Positions 1 to 14,546 of a stretch of DNA of 33,671 bases are shown piece by piece. Origin of the DNA: Octopus sinensis. Taxonomy: Eukaryota. The position numbers were made by a program, and so were the translations under genes. The notes below the pieces were generated by a model. The model was not told where the DNA came from and searched no databases. It was given only the letters and a program-made list of their open reading frames with translations. The number at the start of each line of letters is the position of its first letter. Position 1 is the stretch's first letter. The DNA lies in contig NW_021832334.1 in NCBI RefSeq assembly GCF_006345805.1, positions 1 to 33,671 of the forward strand, in the 5' to 3' direction.

Positions 1-43
<43 letters not shown>

Positions 44-62
44 GCAGATTGATAGATAGATA

Positions 63-103
<41 letters not shown>

Positions 104-114
104 CAGAGAGATAG
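1..114. repeat. (GATA)n microsatellite
   Basis: Near-perfect tagatagata array visible directly. Confidence 0.97.
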
Positions 115-364
115 ATCTGGAAAAGGAAGGGAAGAAATAAATATTGTGGTGGATGGTGGCTGTGGGGTGAGGCTCGGGGTTTCGTAGACTCTTTGGTGGA
201 TTAAAATGATTTCATCATCAATTGGTCAGGTGAAGCAGACCAATTAGGCAATGGACCTTAAGGTCAAACTTTCATTGTGGGATTTTTTGTCCTAAGTGCA
301 GTGTAGAGGGGCTGGGTGGGATGGAATATTTAAATCTCAGAGGTGGAGTCCAGCAAACATCTAT

Positions 365-833
365 CATCATAATAATATTCTTCTTCTCCTTATTATTATT
401 ATTATTATTATCATCACCACCATCATCGCCACGTTTATTGTTCTTGTGGTGGCCTGAACGATCGTCGCCAACACTTCGATCATGATGATGATGACGACGA
501 TGACGACGACGATGATGACGATGATGATGATAATGATGATGATGATTGTCATCATCATTACTATCATCGTCACCATCCTCATCATCATCATCATCATTAG
601 TACCAGTGTTGTTTTATAATTTCGTCCCTTGATTATCTCTCCAGCTTGAGTGGTTCCTCCTCCCTCCCCCTTCTCCTCCCACTTCTACTGCTACTGTTGC
701 TGCTACTGTTGCTGCTGATGCTGATGCTTAATCTGTTGGTCGTAATATTTGCAACGTCGTCGTATTATGTCACCAGAGTAACATTTTATGTTTATTTTCA
801 TCTCCTATCCGTAGACAATTACTGAACTTCATT

Positions 834-870
<37 letters not shown>

Positions 871-950
871 CTACTACTACTACTTGTTGCTCTTCTTCTT
901 CCTCTTATTATTATTACTACGACTATTATTATTATTATTATTATTATTAT
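365..950. repeat. Compound trinucleotide microsatellites (ATT, ATC/GAT, GAC, GCT, ACA, ACT)
   Basis: Arrays visible directly; they account for ORF 367..597. Confidence 0.9.
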
Positions 951-1337
951 GCAATTAATGTTGATTGGCATCTGGTTGTAATGAGAGAGGGTCAAAATGC
1001 CAACGAGTGAGCCGTATTGGTGCCACGCGTCACAATATTATTACTTAGCACCCACCTTTAATGTCTCCCGAAAGGTGAACTAGAAATAAAAATCAACAGT
1101 AGTAGTAGTAGTTTCATTGGATAAATGATCTTGTTGGTTCGTTGGGAGAATTGGTGTTTATTAATTTCCCGAATGTCACAATAAAACGAGGAACTCTTCG
1201 GCTTTATGGGGCCAAAAAGGTTTTTGTTAATTTCCACGAAAATGGCAACTCCGCCTGCTGGGCCGTGAACTTTGTCACTCGCAATATCTATTAGAGGTTT
1301 TTAATATTCGACCGTTTCTTAGGATGAAATAAACGCT

Positions 1338-1470
1338 GGATGGCAGACAATCGACAGACAATTAAATGCTGAGGCTATATTTTGGTAAGGTTAATTTTTC
1401 AGTTCCTGAGTTCACATCCTGTTGAAGTAGACTTCACCTTTCAACCTTCTTGGATCGGTAAAGTACCAGC
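1338..1470 (+). mobile_element. Old degenerate copy of the main tRNA-derived SINE (head and core)
   Basis: tggcag...ctgagttcacatcc...gacttcacctttcaaccttcttggatcggtaaagtaccag aligns by eye with the copy at 1657. Confidence 0.55.
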
Positions 1471-1656
1471 CGAATGTATGATCCCGTGGTTCGCAACCAT
1501 TTTTTGCCTATGAAGCATCTTGATTCGTATTCCACTCCACTGGACCCTCATAACGATTCGATGTTTTAAAAAAGGGCTGATGACATTATTTATAATTAAA
1601 TATAAATCATTAGGAATTGTATTAAAAAATGCTGTTAAACTATTTTGTGTTGTAAA

Positions 1657-1999
1657 GCGGCGACCTGGCAGAAACGTTAGCACGCCGGGCGAAATGCTTA
1701 GCGGTATTTCGCCTGTCTTTACGTTCTGAGTTCAAATTCCGCCGAGGTCGACTTTGCCTTTCATCCTTTCGGGATCGATAAATTAAGTACCACTTACGCA
1801 CTGGGGTCAATGAAATCGACTTTACCTTTCATCCTTTCAGGGTCGATAAATTAAGTACCAGTTACGCACTGGGGTCGATGTAATCGACTTAATCCGTTTT
1901 GTCTGTCCTTGTTTGTACCCTCCGTGTTTAGCCCCTTGTGGGCAGTAAAGAAATAGGTATTTCGTCTGCCGCTACGTTCTGAGTTCAAATTCTGCCGAG
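1657..1999 (+). mobile_element. tRNA-derived SINE, main family: head, duplicated core, tail A, start of a second unit
   Basis: A-box-like TGGCAGAAACG and B-box GAGTTCAAATTCC; core gtcgactttgcctttcatcctttcggggtcgataaattaagtaccag recurs about 10 times in the window on both strands. Confidence 0.9.
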
Positions 2000-2377
2000 T
2001 TCATCCGGGCTTAAAGGTTCATTCGCATTGATGAGTGGAAAAGAAACACATTTTACAAGGCGTTATTAATAACACACACAAACACACACACGCACGCACG
2101 CACACATCTGAGAGGGGATTATGTTGAATAAAATCATAACTGATCCTCCTATATTTTCTTTTACCCCAAACCAGGAAATTTTGAGCACTCCTATGTGTAT
2201 ATGCTTCTTCTATTTTTCAATTATTATAAATCTTCCACTGAGGAGGGAGCTGGTTTCCAACAAAGATACAAGGCTCCATCTTTGGGATGTAGTTAACACA
2301 GACAAATTCACATTTGGAACTTGAGAAAAGTCTTGCATACATTTTTACTGTTCCACTCAAGATGTATATACTCACAG

Positions 2378-2378
2378 A

Positions 2379-2457
<79 letters not shown>
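2378..2457. repeat. (GT)n(TA)n microsatellite
   Basis: Visible directly. Confidence 0.97.
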
Positions 2458-2460
<3 letters not shown>

Positions 2461-2639
2461 TGAGGGAAAGTCGACTTGTAACCGAAGAAAGTCATTTCTT
2501 AAAGCGACTTCACTCTAAGAAACATCTCACATTTCATCTTGCCGCATCACAGATTCAAGGATCCGTTTCTCTTGAACCACAAATCAGCTTTCCAGCAACA
2601 GTCCAAGCATCTGGATTTTGGGGCCTACAACGCCGATTG

Positions 2640-3225
2640 GGTCAACTAACCAACCCATACTCTCTACTACACAAGGGGTGCGAAAGAATATCCTGAGTAA
2701 GGCATTGGTTGAGGTGGGTACCTCCGTGATCACGCTTGCGGCTGAGTAGATCTACCTTTGAAAAGCAGACACGATCATACTGGTCACACAAAAGAGACCC
2801 TATCGTGCCTTTCTCATTGAGAAGGTTCACACTCTGCATATATTTGCCAGCACACTTCATCGTAGAGTATGCAGCCCTGTTGTTCTCTAATTCTCTAACA
2901 CAATACCAGTCACAATCCGCCACAAGTCCTTATCTGATACAAGATCTTCCCAGGTGTTGATATAATATTTTTACTTATGTGCTTAAGATTAGTTTTGAAA
3001 AGCTCGTATGGCTTGAACTGGGGACGTTTCCATTGCGCCGGCTGAACATTCAACACCTGTTTTGGTGAGTGGGGGTCCTCTAAACGTGTAAGATGACCAG
3101 ACCTTCTAAGTTGGTATATGCAACGCCACGAGCGATTACAACAGCCATGCTTTTGTAATATCTTGATGATCTCGCGGCAATCTCATGTGATTGATACGAG
3201 AGTACTGCAGATGGCGAAAATAACG
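2640..3225 (-). mobile_element. Decayed RTE-clade LINE, ORF C-terminal region
   Basis: Manual translation across frameshifts: YQLRRSGHLTRLEDPHSPKQVL..WKRPQFKP..FKTNLK / INTWEDLVSDKDLWR / RELENNR..CDQYDRVCFSKVDLLSRKRDH. This follows the RTE C-terminal pattern QLRWxGH-RMxDxRxPKQ..GKR..WExLAxDRxxWR..C2H2-like. Confidence 0.75.
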
Positions 3226-3228
3226 AGA

Positions 3229-5032
<1,804 letters not shown>

Positions 5033-5649
5033 TAAAAGGAGTGTATGTCTGTAATTCGGTTAGCGAATTGTTAATACTCCAGAAAATGGCCATAAATTGT
5101 TTGAGATGGTGAGGGATTATAACGATGATGATAATGGCGATCGCCATGATGAGGAGGTAGGGGGGTGGCGATGACGATGGCGAAGTGGGCGACGATAGCG
5201 ATGGCAATGATGATGCTGCTGATGATGATGATGGACACATGAACGGTCATAACAATAAAAACAACAACAACAACGAGTTTAAGATATGAATAATCTACTT
5301 GGAGATGTTTCTGCCACCTCCCCCTCTATTTCAGACTCTCTCATAATTCCTTGCTATCTCTCTCCCTCTCTCTCTTTCTCTCTCTCTCTGTCTTCTACTC
5401 TCACACTCTCTCTCTCTCTCAGATTCTCTCTCCTTTTACTTGTCATTCCATTTGTGAGGGAAGGAAAAATTAATTTCATTCTCACTCTTTAGATATTGTG
5501 AAGGAAAAGACTCAACCTGTCCATTTGGTTGCCAAAAACCAGACGACAGACAAACAGACAGACGGATAGACAGATAGATAGCTTGAAGAATACATAGGGA
5601 GAGAAAGTGATAGAGACTAGGAATAGATTAACTATATAGACTATATTAT

Positions 5650-7237
<1,588 letters not shown>

Positions 7238-9240
7238 ATTCTCTTCCTCCCCCCACCCACACCTCCTTCCACACAACGATACTTTCCTGGTCTCTAATTT
7301 TCCTGCCGCCTCTCCACCTCGAACCACGGACCAAGCATCATTTGGCATCCGTATATACACCCTCTCCTAACGAGATGCTGTTCTTTGCAGCTCTGCTTTT
7401 TTTCTTTTTTTTCCTTCCCCCCCCCCCTATTTTCCTTTATTTTTTTCTTTTTGTTTTTACTTCACTTCTTTTGTCCAATTTTTTCCTTTGTATTTATATA
7501 TTTTTATCGGTTATTTATTATTTTTTTCGTTTGTTTTTATTATTATTTTTATTGTTTTTTTCCCCCTTTAACACCAATTAAGGTTGTATGTGAAGATGTT
7601 TCCAGCGTAAAGGCTATCATTTTTCTCCATTTGTCTGTTTTCTTTAGTTACCATATTGGTGTAATGGCGCCGCCGCATATGTCTGCTTTTCTCTGATTGA
7701 TCTGGCACTAGTCAATACATCTTTGGTTATCCTCTTACCCACCATATAAACCATATCCCGTCCATTAATCTCTGTTGTGTTGGCACTTGTGCAAGCTACA
7801 CCAATAGCAGTAGCCGCAGCAGCAGCAGCAGCCGCGGTAGCAGCAATTCAATTTTCACATTTGAACGCAGAAGACGGACAATTAGAGTCTTCTGTACTTA
7901 GGCATAATTCAGCATCTCATTGAATTAATGCACCGGCCATGGGATATTGTCTTCTTCATAGATATTGGTGCTTTTTATAACTTGTTAATTTCAGGTGATT
8001 ATGTGTCTAAATTTAATACTACGTACGAGTTATATATGCAATCAGCCGTTTGATCTGACTTATAGCTTAGTTTAATCCACCATTTTGAATTTATTGGGTA
8101 TTGAAGTCAAGTAGGTGCTAGCCAGCGATAGCGCTAATTGCTGCGAATGTTAGCATTATTGTTTCCGGATATCAGTAAATATTATATTCCTGATAAAAGC
8201 TACGGTTGCCATTTGCCACAGAATGCCGAATGCTGACAATCGCGAGGATTGGAGCGATACAACAGTTATTACTTTCTAATCAAAGACTGTTTGAGTTTGC
8301 TTTAATCGACCTCCTTCCCTGCCAATGCGAGTAGCTACGAGCAGCAAAAATAAATGAAAACGTGGGTCAGATGGCGAACCGTTTTCTTTTTAGTGGTGCC
8401 GACTGACTAACAAAATTACTCCTCTTCAATTACAACTGCAAACCGTATTTATATACTTTAATCAAGTGACACTATGGCTGCCGACAAAAGCCCGCGCAAA
8501 AGTTGATTCATATCTCAAAGCCATTTATTAATAAAATGATTGTGTCGTGATCTGATTAATATCAGATGCAAAAATTCATCGTTTATAGCCTTATGACGAT
8601 AATTTTATGATAACTTTTGCAGAGAAGCAAAATCAATTACTGCTGAAATGTTATAAAATTCCTTTGCATGAAATTCATTCCTGATGTTTAACAACTAGTT
8701 TTATGCTAATGATTACACGAAACGTTTTGTGTTTAGAGGAAAATAACGACATCTCTGGAAGATGTCTGGGAAATTTGATTACAAATACCGCTTATTACAG
8801 CAAAAGATAGCGAAAAATAACCGAACAAAACTGTTTGTAATTCTATACGACGATTTCAAAACGGCAGTTAGTTATTAAAATTAATATTTCTTTTCCCAAT
8901 TTTAGATGCATGCGTACATACACACGTACATACATACATACACACACACATACATACATACATACAAACACACATGCATACATACAGGTAATGCTATGTA
9001 ATGTAACAGTTTACGCATATCACTACATACATAGGTAGGTGTATGTGTGTGTATGTATGTGCGTGTGTGTGCGTGTGTGTGTATGTGTATGTGTGTGTGT
9101 GAATGTGTATGTCTATGCGCATTATTGCATGTATGTTTGTATATGCATGCGTATACACACTTATAGTAAAGCTTTGCCAGTAGTTACAGTGCAAATATGT
9201 AAGTATTTGACAATGTATGCACGTGTGTGTGTTGTGTGTG

Positions 9241-9277
<37 letters not shown>

Positions 9278-9377
9278 ACATACGCACACACATACATATA
9301 TGTTATATATATGAGCGTGTGCATATATATATATTTATACATACATACATAAAAGTAGGTGTCTATCGTCAGAGATC

Positions 9378-9457
9378 TCTTAGCTTAATGGTACAGATCG
9401 CTCATCCTGAATTGAGAAGTACAACGTTCGATTTCCTGTGGAAGCTCGGTGGCTAAC
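9378..9457 (+). mobile_element. Degenerate tRNA-like SINE head
   Basis: TAGCTTAATGG (A-box-like) and GTTCGATTTCC (B-box-like) at tRNA-like spacing; no convincing cloverleaf. Confidence 0.35.
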
Positions 9458-10159
9458 CCCCCCCCCCGTCTTTTAAAGAGTATTTGCTCAATATTCTAAT
9501 ATTCTAAGCTATATTCACAGCCTCCCCATGTTCCAGAATTCCTTTACATATATACACATATATATATATTTATATTATTCATGTTTCGAAGTAACAGAGT
9601 GGCTCATAGTCGTGATGTAATAGGAGAATAAAGTCTGGAATTAAGACAGAATTATGCAAAAATGCATAATGTGGGGTCAGATGGGACAAATGATAGACAA
9701 ACTCCAATCATAGAGCAGGACATCGGTTTGTCTTTCGAATGACCATCGACTTTTTCATTGGTCAGTATTGAAATGGCTTCTCCTGGACGCAAATCTGGCC
9801 TGTGTGAATGGAGATCCAAGGGTTCCATCCGCGCCCATCTCGTCGTTTTAGACGTACGGAAGATTTAATGACATTGCTTAATGTGGCTTTTCCTTTGGGT
9901 ATGATTTAAGGGTGAGTTGCCTGCTATTTTTAGCAGGTAGATCGACTACAAACTTAAGATAATCTGGTGCCGGTTATAATGATATGACGAATGTTCTTGC
10001 TGCTGCCGCTGCTGCTGCTGCTGATGATGATGATGATGGCAAGGATGGTGGTGGCGAAATATGTGTGTGTGTATACGTGTTTGTGTGTGTGTATACAAAC
10101 ACACACACACACATACTCATATATATGTGTATATAGGTATATGTATGGATATATATATA

Positions 10160-10330
10160 TATTCTTTTATTCTTTTATTTGTTTCTGTCATTTGACTGCA
10201 GCCATGCTGGAGCACCGCCTTTAATCGAACAAATCAACCTAGGACTTATTTTTTGCAAACCTAGTACTTATTCTATCGGTTTCTTTTGCCGAACCGTTAA
10301 GTTACGGGGACGTAAACACCAACATTGGCT
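10160..10330 (-). mobile_element. 3' part of a second SINE family with an (AAAAGAAT)n-type tail
   Basis: Minus strand reads cgatagaataagtactagg...ggttgatttgttcgattaaaggcggtgctccagcatggc...aaataaaagaataaaagaata; it shares CGATA.AATAAGTAC.AG with the main SINE core and ends in a short tandem tail. Confidence 0.65.
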
Positions 10331-10347
10331 GCTGCTGCTGATGATGA

Positions 10348-10871
10348 TATAAGATGTGAGATTTTACTATCCAATGTGATTTTCTAATTGATGCTCGGTG
10401 ACCGGACATTGTTGTTGGGGATGAATGGAAAAAGAAAACTAAGATCATAGATTTTACCATACCTGGGGACTCACGGGCAGGTGACGAAGAGTTGGAGAAG
10501 GTGGAAAAATATAAGTTACTAAAAGACAAAAAAAAAAAAATTGCAAGAGCTTGGGCAATGAAGAAAGTAACTTTCATCCCAAAAGTTGAAGTGGCGGCAC
10601 TCGGAGTATTAGCAACCATGTTCGAGAAATATGTCGGAGAACTTGGAATTGACACGAGTGAAAGGCATGCTGAAAAAACTGCTTTGCTGGGGAGGCTGAG
10701 GAATTTGAGATTGGTAATTGGCGTTTAGTGTCTTCCGCGAAACTTAGCATTAAATACCAAGTCTTGTAATTTGTGGAAAGAGACCCTGTGAGACTTTTGA
10801 CCACAGGATGCTGTCCACTCTCACAGAATTAACCAGAGCAAGTAAGTTCGGGTCATCTGAGAAGGAAAATA
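10348..10871 (+). mobile_element. R4/Dong-clade non-LTR retrotransposon 3' fragment (RLE domain and 3' UTR), decayed
   Basis: One frame from 10348: YKM*DFTIQCDFLIDAR*PDIVV..KIIDFTIPGD..ELEKVEKYKLLKD..W..KV..IP..AALG..KTALLG..LR.V* (stop 10726-10728). This is the WDF..PD..ID..P..EK..KY restriction-like endonuclease pattern; the element ends at (TAA)n. Confidence 0.85.
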
Positions 10872-11271
10872 TAATAATAAGGGTTTCAGAATTTGACACA
10901 AGGCCAGCAGTTTTAGGGGAGAGGCCAAGTCGATTACATTGACCCTAGTGTTCAGCTGGTACTTAATTTATCGACCCCGAAAGGACGAAAGGCAAAGTGG
11001 ACCTCGGCGGAAATTGAACTCAGAATGTAACGGCAGACGAAATACCTATTTCCTTATTACCCACAAGGGGCTAAACATAGAGAGGACAAACAAGGACAGA
11101 CAAACGGATTAAGTCGATTATATCGACCCCAGTGCGTAACTGGTACTTAATTTATCGACCCCGAAAGAATGAAAGGCAAAGTCGACCTCGGCGGAATTTG
11201 AACTCAGAACATAACGACAGACGAAATACGGCTAAGCATTTCGCCCGGCGTGCTAACGATTCTGCCAGCTT
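10872..11271 (-). mobile_element. Main SINE, dimer (head-core-tail A, then truncated head-core-tail B with (ATT)n)
   Basis: Reverse complement matches the copies at 1657, 12898 and 28075. Confidence 0.92.
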
Positions 11272-11625
11272 ACAGGAGTGCTAACGTTTCTAATAATAAT
11301 AAAAAAGTCATAATCTGAACGACTTCGATCTTTGATCTGATCAATCAGGTTTACTCTGGACCTGGGGTCATACAACAGCAGCAACAACAACAACAACAGC
11401 GTTTTAACCACGCTCATCAGTTCTATATAATGAACAGAAACGAGCGAAAAGGAATTGCATTGAAGAATCGATAGAAGGTTCTAGATCCAATAGTAACGAT
11501 GGTCGGCAGTTTTCTTTTGAAGCTGATTCTAACACATTAAGCGACCAGTATTCATTATAATTAATTATCTATAATATTAATTTGTTACGGTTTACCTAGG
11601 TAGGGCTTTAAACAAACACCTTCTT

Positions 11626-11772
11626 AACTATGGAACGAAATCAAAGACATAATTACAACATTTATGTTATTTGTAAGACAATTGAGTGATAAACTATGGA
11701 AGGAAATTGAAGACATAATTCATTAGGGATGCATCGTTTTATTTATGTTATTGCTAAGGCATTTGATTGTTA
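11626..11772. repeat. Imperfect 2-copy tandem duplication (66 bp and ~81 bp units)
   Basis: aactatggaa(c/g)gaaat..aagacataatt...atttatgttatt..taag.ca.ttga.tg.ta starts at 11626 and again at 11692. Confidence 0.75.
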
Positions 11773-12078
11773 CATAAATATTTAAAATTATGACACATGC
11801 GCAAGGCGCTTCAATTCCCATTGTAAACGTCTATCCGGCAGAAAATGGGAACCAATCAAGTACTGGCGTGGACTTTCCTCCTTCCAGTAAGCACACCATA
11901 ACCTGGATGTTCAGCTGAGTCGAGGGTGGAAGGAGTGAGTGGCGCGAGAGAGTAGCCACGTTTCCTCGTGATTATGTAGGGGCCTAAAACAGTGAAAGCA
12001 TGCAAGCAAAACCAGTAGCAAAATCATATGCTACTACTTGAAACACGCTTACGAGTGACGGCTAGGATTTCATATGTG

Positions 12079-12110
<32 letters not shown>

Positions 12111-12113
<3 letters not shown>

Positions 12114-12404
12114 TCTCTTCGGCCCCATGAAAGAGGGTTTGAGAGGCAAACATTATTCAGTGACGAAGAAGTGAAAACTGAGGTGAAGAAGTGGCTCAAA
12201 GAACAGTCAACAGAATTTTACGGGGCGGGGATACATGCTCTCATTTGAAAGTGGAACATTGCTATCGAGAGAAACGGTGACTATGTTGAAAAGTAGGGAT
12301 GTGATCCACATAGGACCAGCTTCATTTTAATGGATGATACATGTTCCTGTGTTGGTAATTATACCTGTCCAAAACGAAATGGCATTACTTCTTGATTCAC
12401 CCTC

Positions 12405-12407
<3 letters not shown>
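12111..12407 (+). mobile_element. Mariner DNA transposon 3' fragment (transposase C-terminus, right TIR, TA)
   Basis: HLFGPMKEGLRGKHY/SDEEVKTEVKKWLKEQSTEFYGAGIHALI*KWNIAIERNGDYVEK* is the typical mariner C-terminus; it ends ttacttcttgattcaccctcg|TA. One frameshift and one stop; left end not found. Confidence 0.9.
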
Positions 12408-12438
<31 letters not shown>

Positions 12439-12510
12439 GTAAATATGTATGTGAGTGTTTCAGTGTGTGTGTATGTGTGCATTTGTGTGTGTGTGTGTGT
12501 GTGTGTGTGT

Positions 12511-12678
12511 ATGACGAGCTTCCATACAGTTTCCGTTTAACATATTCACTTCCAAGTCTTTGCCAGGCACGGGGCTACAGTACAAGACACTTGCATGAAA
12601 TGCCGTGGAGTGGAACTGAACCCCAAATCACACGGCTGCTAAGTGTACCTCTTAACCACACAAACTCGCCTGTGTCTG
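12511..12678 (-). mobile_element. tRNA-derived SINE head (second family), degenerate
   Basis: Minus strand has tgtgtggttaag...GGTTCAGTTCC (B-box-like)...gcaagtgtctt followed by (CA)n; a more decayed relative lies at ~19890-20025. Confidence 0.6.
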
Positions 12679-12897
12679 TACGAACAAGGGATTGCGGGCG
12701 ATTTCTAATACCACGTTGAAGAGAAAGCATTATAGGAAAGAAGACCAAGTATTTGGTGTAAACTGTACATGCACGATAGTGTGTGAGATGCGAATACACG
12801 AACGCCGTGGAAGGAAGCAACATTACAGAGAATAGCAGTAACAACGGGTCACATGAACTACCATTTCTAGCAAGTCACTAATCGCAACATTGAGTAT

Positions 12898-13305
12898 AGC
12901 TGGCAGAAACGATAGCACGCCGGGCAAAATGCTTAGCGGTATTTCGTCTGCCGTTCTGAGTTCAAATTCCGCCGAGGTCGACTTTGCCTTTCATCCATTC
13001 GGGGTCGATAAATTAAGTACCAGTTACGCACTGGGATAGATCTAATCGACTTAATCCGTTTGTCTGTCCTTGTTTGTCCTCTCTGTGTTTAGCCCCTTGT
13101 GGGTAGTAAAGAAATAGGTATTTCGTCTGCCGTTACGTTCTGAGTTCAAATTCCGCCGAGGTCGACTTTGCCTTTCATCCTTTCGGGGTCGATAAATTAA
13201 GTACCAGTTACGCACTGGGGTCGATATAATCGACTTAATCCCTTTGTCTGTCCTTGTTTGTCTCCTCTATGTTTAGCCCCTTGTGGGCAATAAAGAAATA
13301 AGAAA
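12898..13305 (+). mobile_element. Main SINE, dimer (tail A in both units)
   Basis: Two near-identical core and tail-A units joined at aagaaata|ggtatttcgtctgcc. Confidence 0.93.
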
Positions 13306-13629
13306 CAAATTCACCCCATCTTCAGGGTCTGGAACTAAAGACAAGGGATCTTATTTAATGGTCACAACCAGTAGTACAGTTCCTTCGTACAGCAAGGATG
13401 TGGACGACATGGCGAATGAAGATAGGTAGCAAACTCTCGGGATGAGAGGAAAGAAAAAAAGAGGCAAAGAACTTCCAAAAAATCGAACCGAAGCAAAAGT
13501 CGAGCATAAAGTGCAACAAGAAACCCGTCTTCTGCTCAGAACAGCTACAGAGAGCACGGATGAACAATTTGAACGAACTATAAAAAGATAAAGCTTAAAT
13601 CTGAGAGGAAAGAAGCTTTGATTAAGTGG

Positions 13630-14200
13630 AGAATGTCAGGGATAAGCGACTGGTAAAAACTACTTTAGGTTTCTGTGAATTGCTACACTTTAACCAACAG
13701 AAATAAAACACGAACTTTATCTCATTAACCAAGATCACCGAGGTGCTTGCCAGCATCTTAAGAGACGAACATTTCGAGAATTTGGGCGCAGAGTACACGG
13801 TATTTAAGGTTGTGAGGTGCCTAAATGAAACCTAGGTGACAGTTTCCCATCTGTGTCTTTATTTATAATTTATTGAATTATAAATAATTTATCTATTATA
13901 ATTATCTATTCTAATTATCTATTATAATTTATGTATTATACGATATAATATAATAATACATTAATTTATTTAATTATAAGTAATGTTTCCAGACTCAAGA
14001 GAGACTGTAGGAATTGCGGCTGGATTACCAGAAACCCATCGCTGTCAAAATCCTCAATAGTAGCATCATAGATTTACCAAACTCCGCCTGAAGGTAGACG
14101 AAATTTTAATTGTGATCATTAAAGGTGAAATAGGGTCTGGACTTCTTGAACACCTAACTAAAAGACTAACGGTAAAAACCAAACAAGTAATGTATCAGTT
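13630..14200 (+). pseudogene. Decayed BACK/Kelch-like (BTB-BACK-Kelch family) coding remnant
   Basis: VENVRDKRLVKTTLGFCELLHFNQQK*NTNFISLTKITEVLASILRDEHFENLGAEYTVFKVVRCL fits the BACK pattern L..A..F...NF......EFL.L...L..LL..D.LNV..E..VF.AV. After an AT-rich gap, FPDSRETVGIA..FTKLR..DEILIVIIKGE resembles the linker and first Kelch blade. In-frame stops present; matched by eye only. Confidence 0.5.
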
Positions 14201-14406
14201 GCTTGAGATTAATTGCTAAGCAGATATGGGAGTTTTCACGATTTGGTCGACACCAAAGTATGAGGAGATGCTGCGAGATGCAGTGGCGTGCATGATCTTA
14301 CACCAGTACGATTTCTCACTTTTACACGGTTCAGTTGACATTTATTTGTTTGATAGACAAAAACTATTCAATGTCTTTATATGTACAACCTTACATATGT
14401 ATATAT

Positions 14407-14438
<32 letters not shown>

Positions 14439-14478
14439 CACATTATATACTGAACGTATTGCTCCCTTTGACCCCAAA

Positions 14479-14480
<2 letters not shown>

Positions 14481-14546
<66 letters not shown>

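Noticed and set aside
7719-7810. miR-9-like TCTTTGGTTATC and miR-96-like TTGGCACTTGTG
   Set aside because: Only about 12 nt match each, the 3' halves differ, and the local hairpins are too short for a pre-miRNA.
11398-11423. Other CTGA(T/A)GA hits (11415, 13317, 26226, 30368) as hammerheads
   Set aside because: No GAAA box in register, or no stem I/III pairing; the 7-mer is expected by chance.
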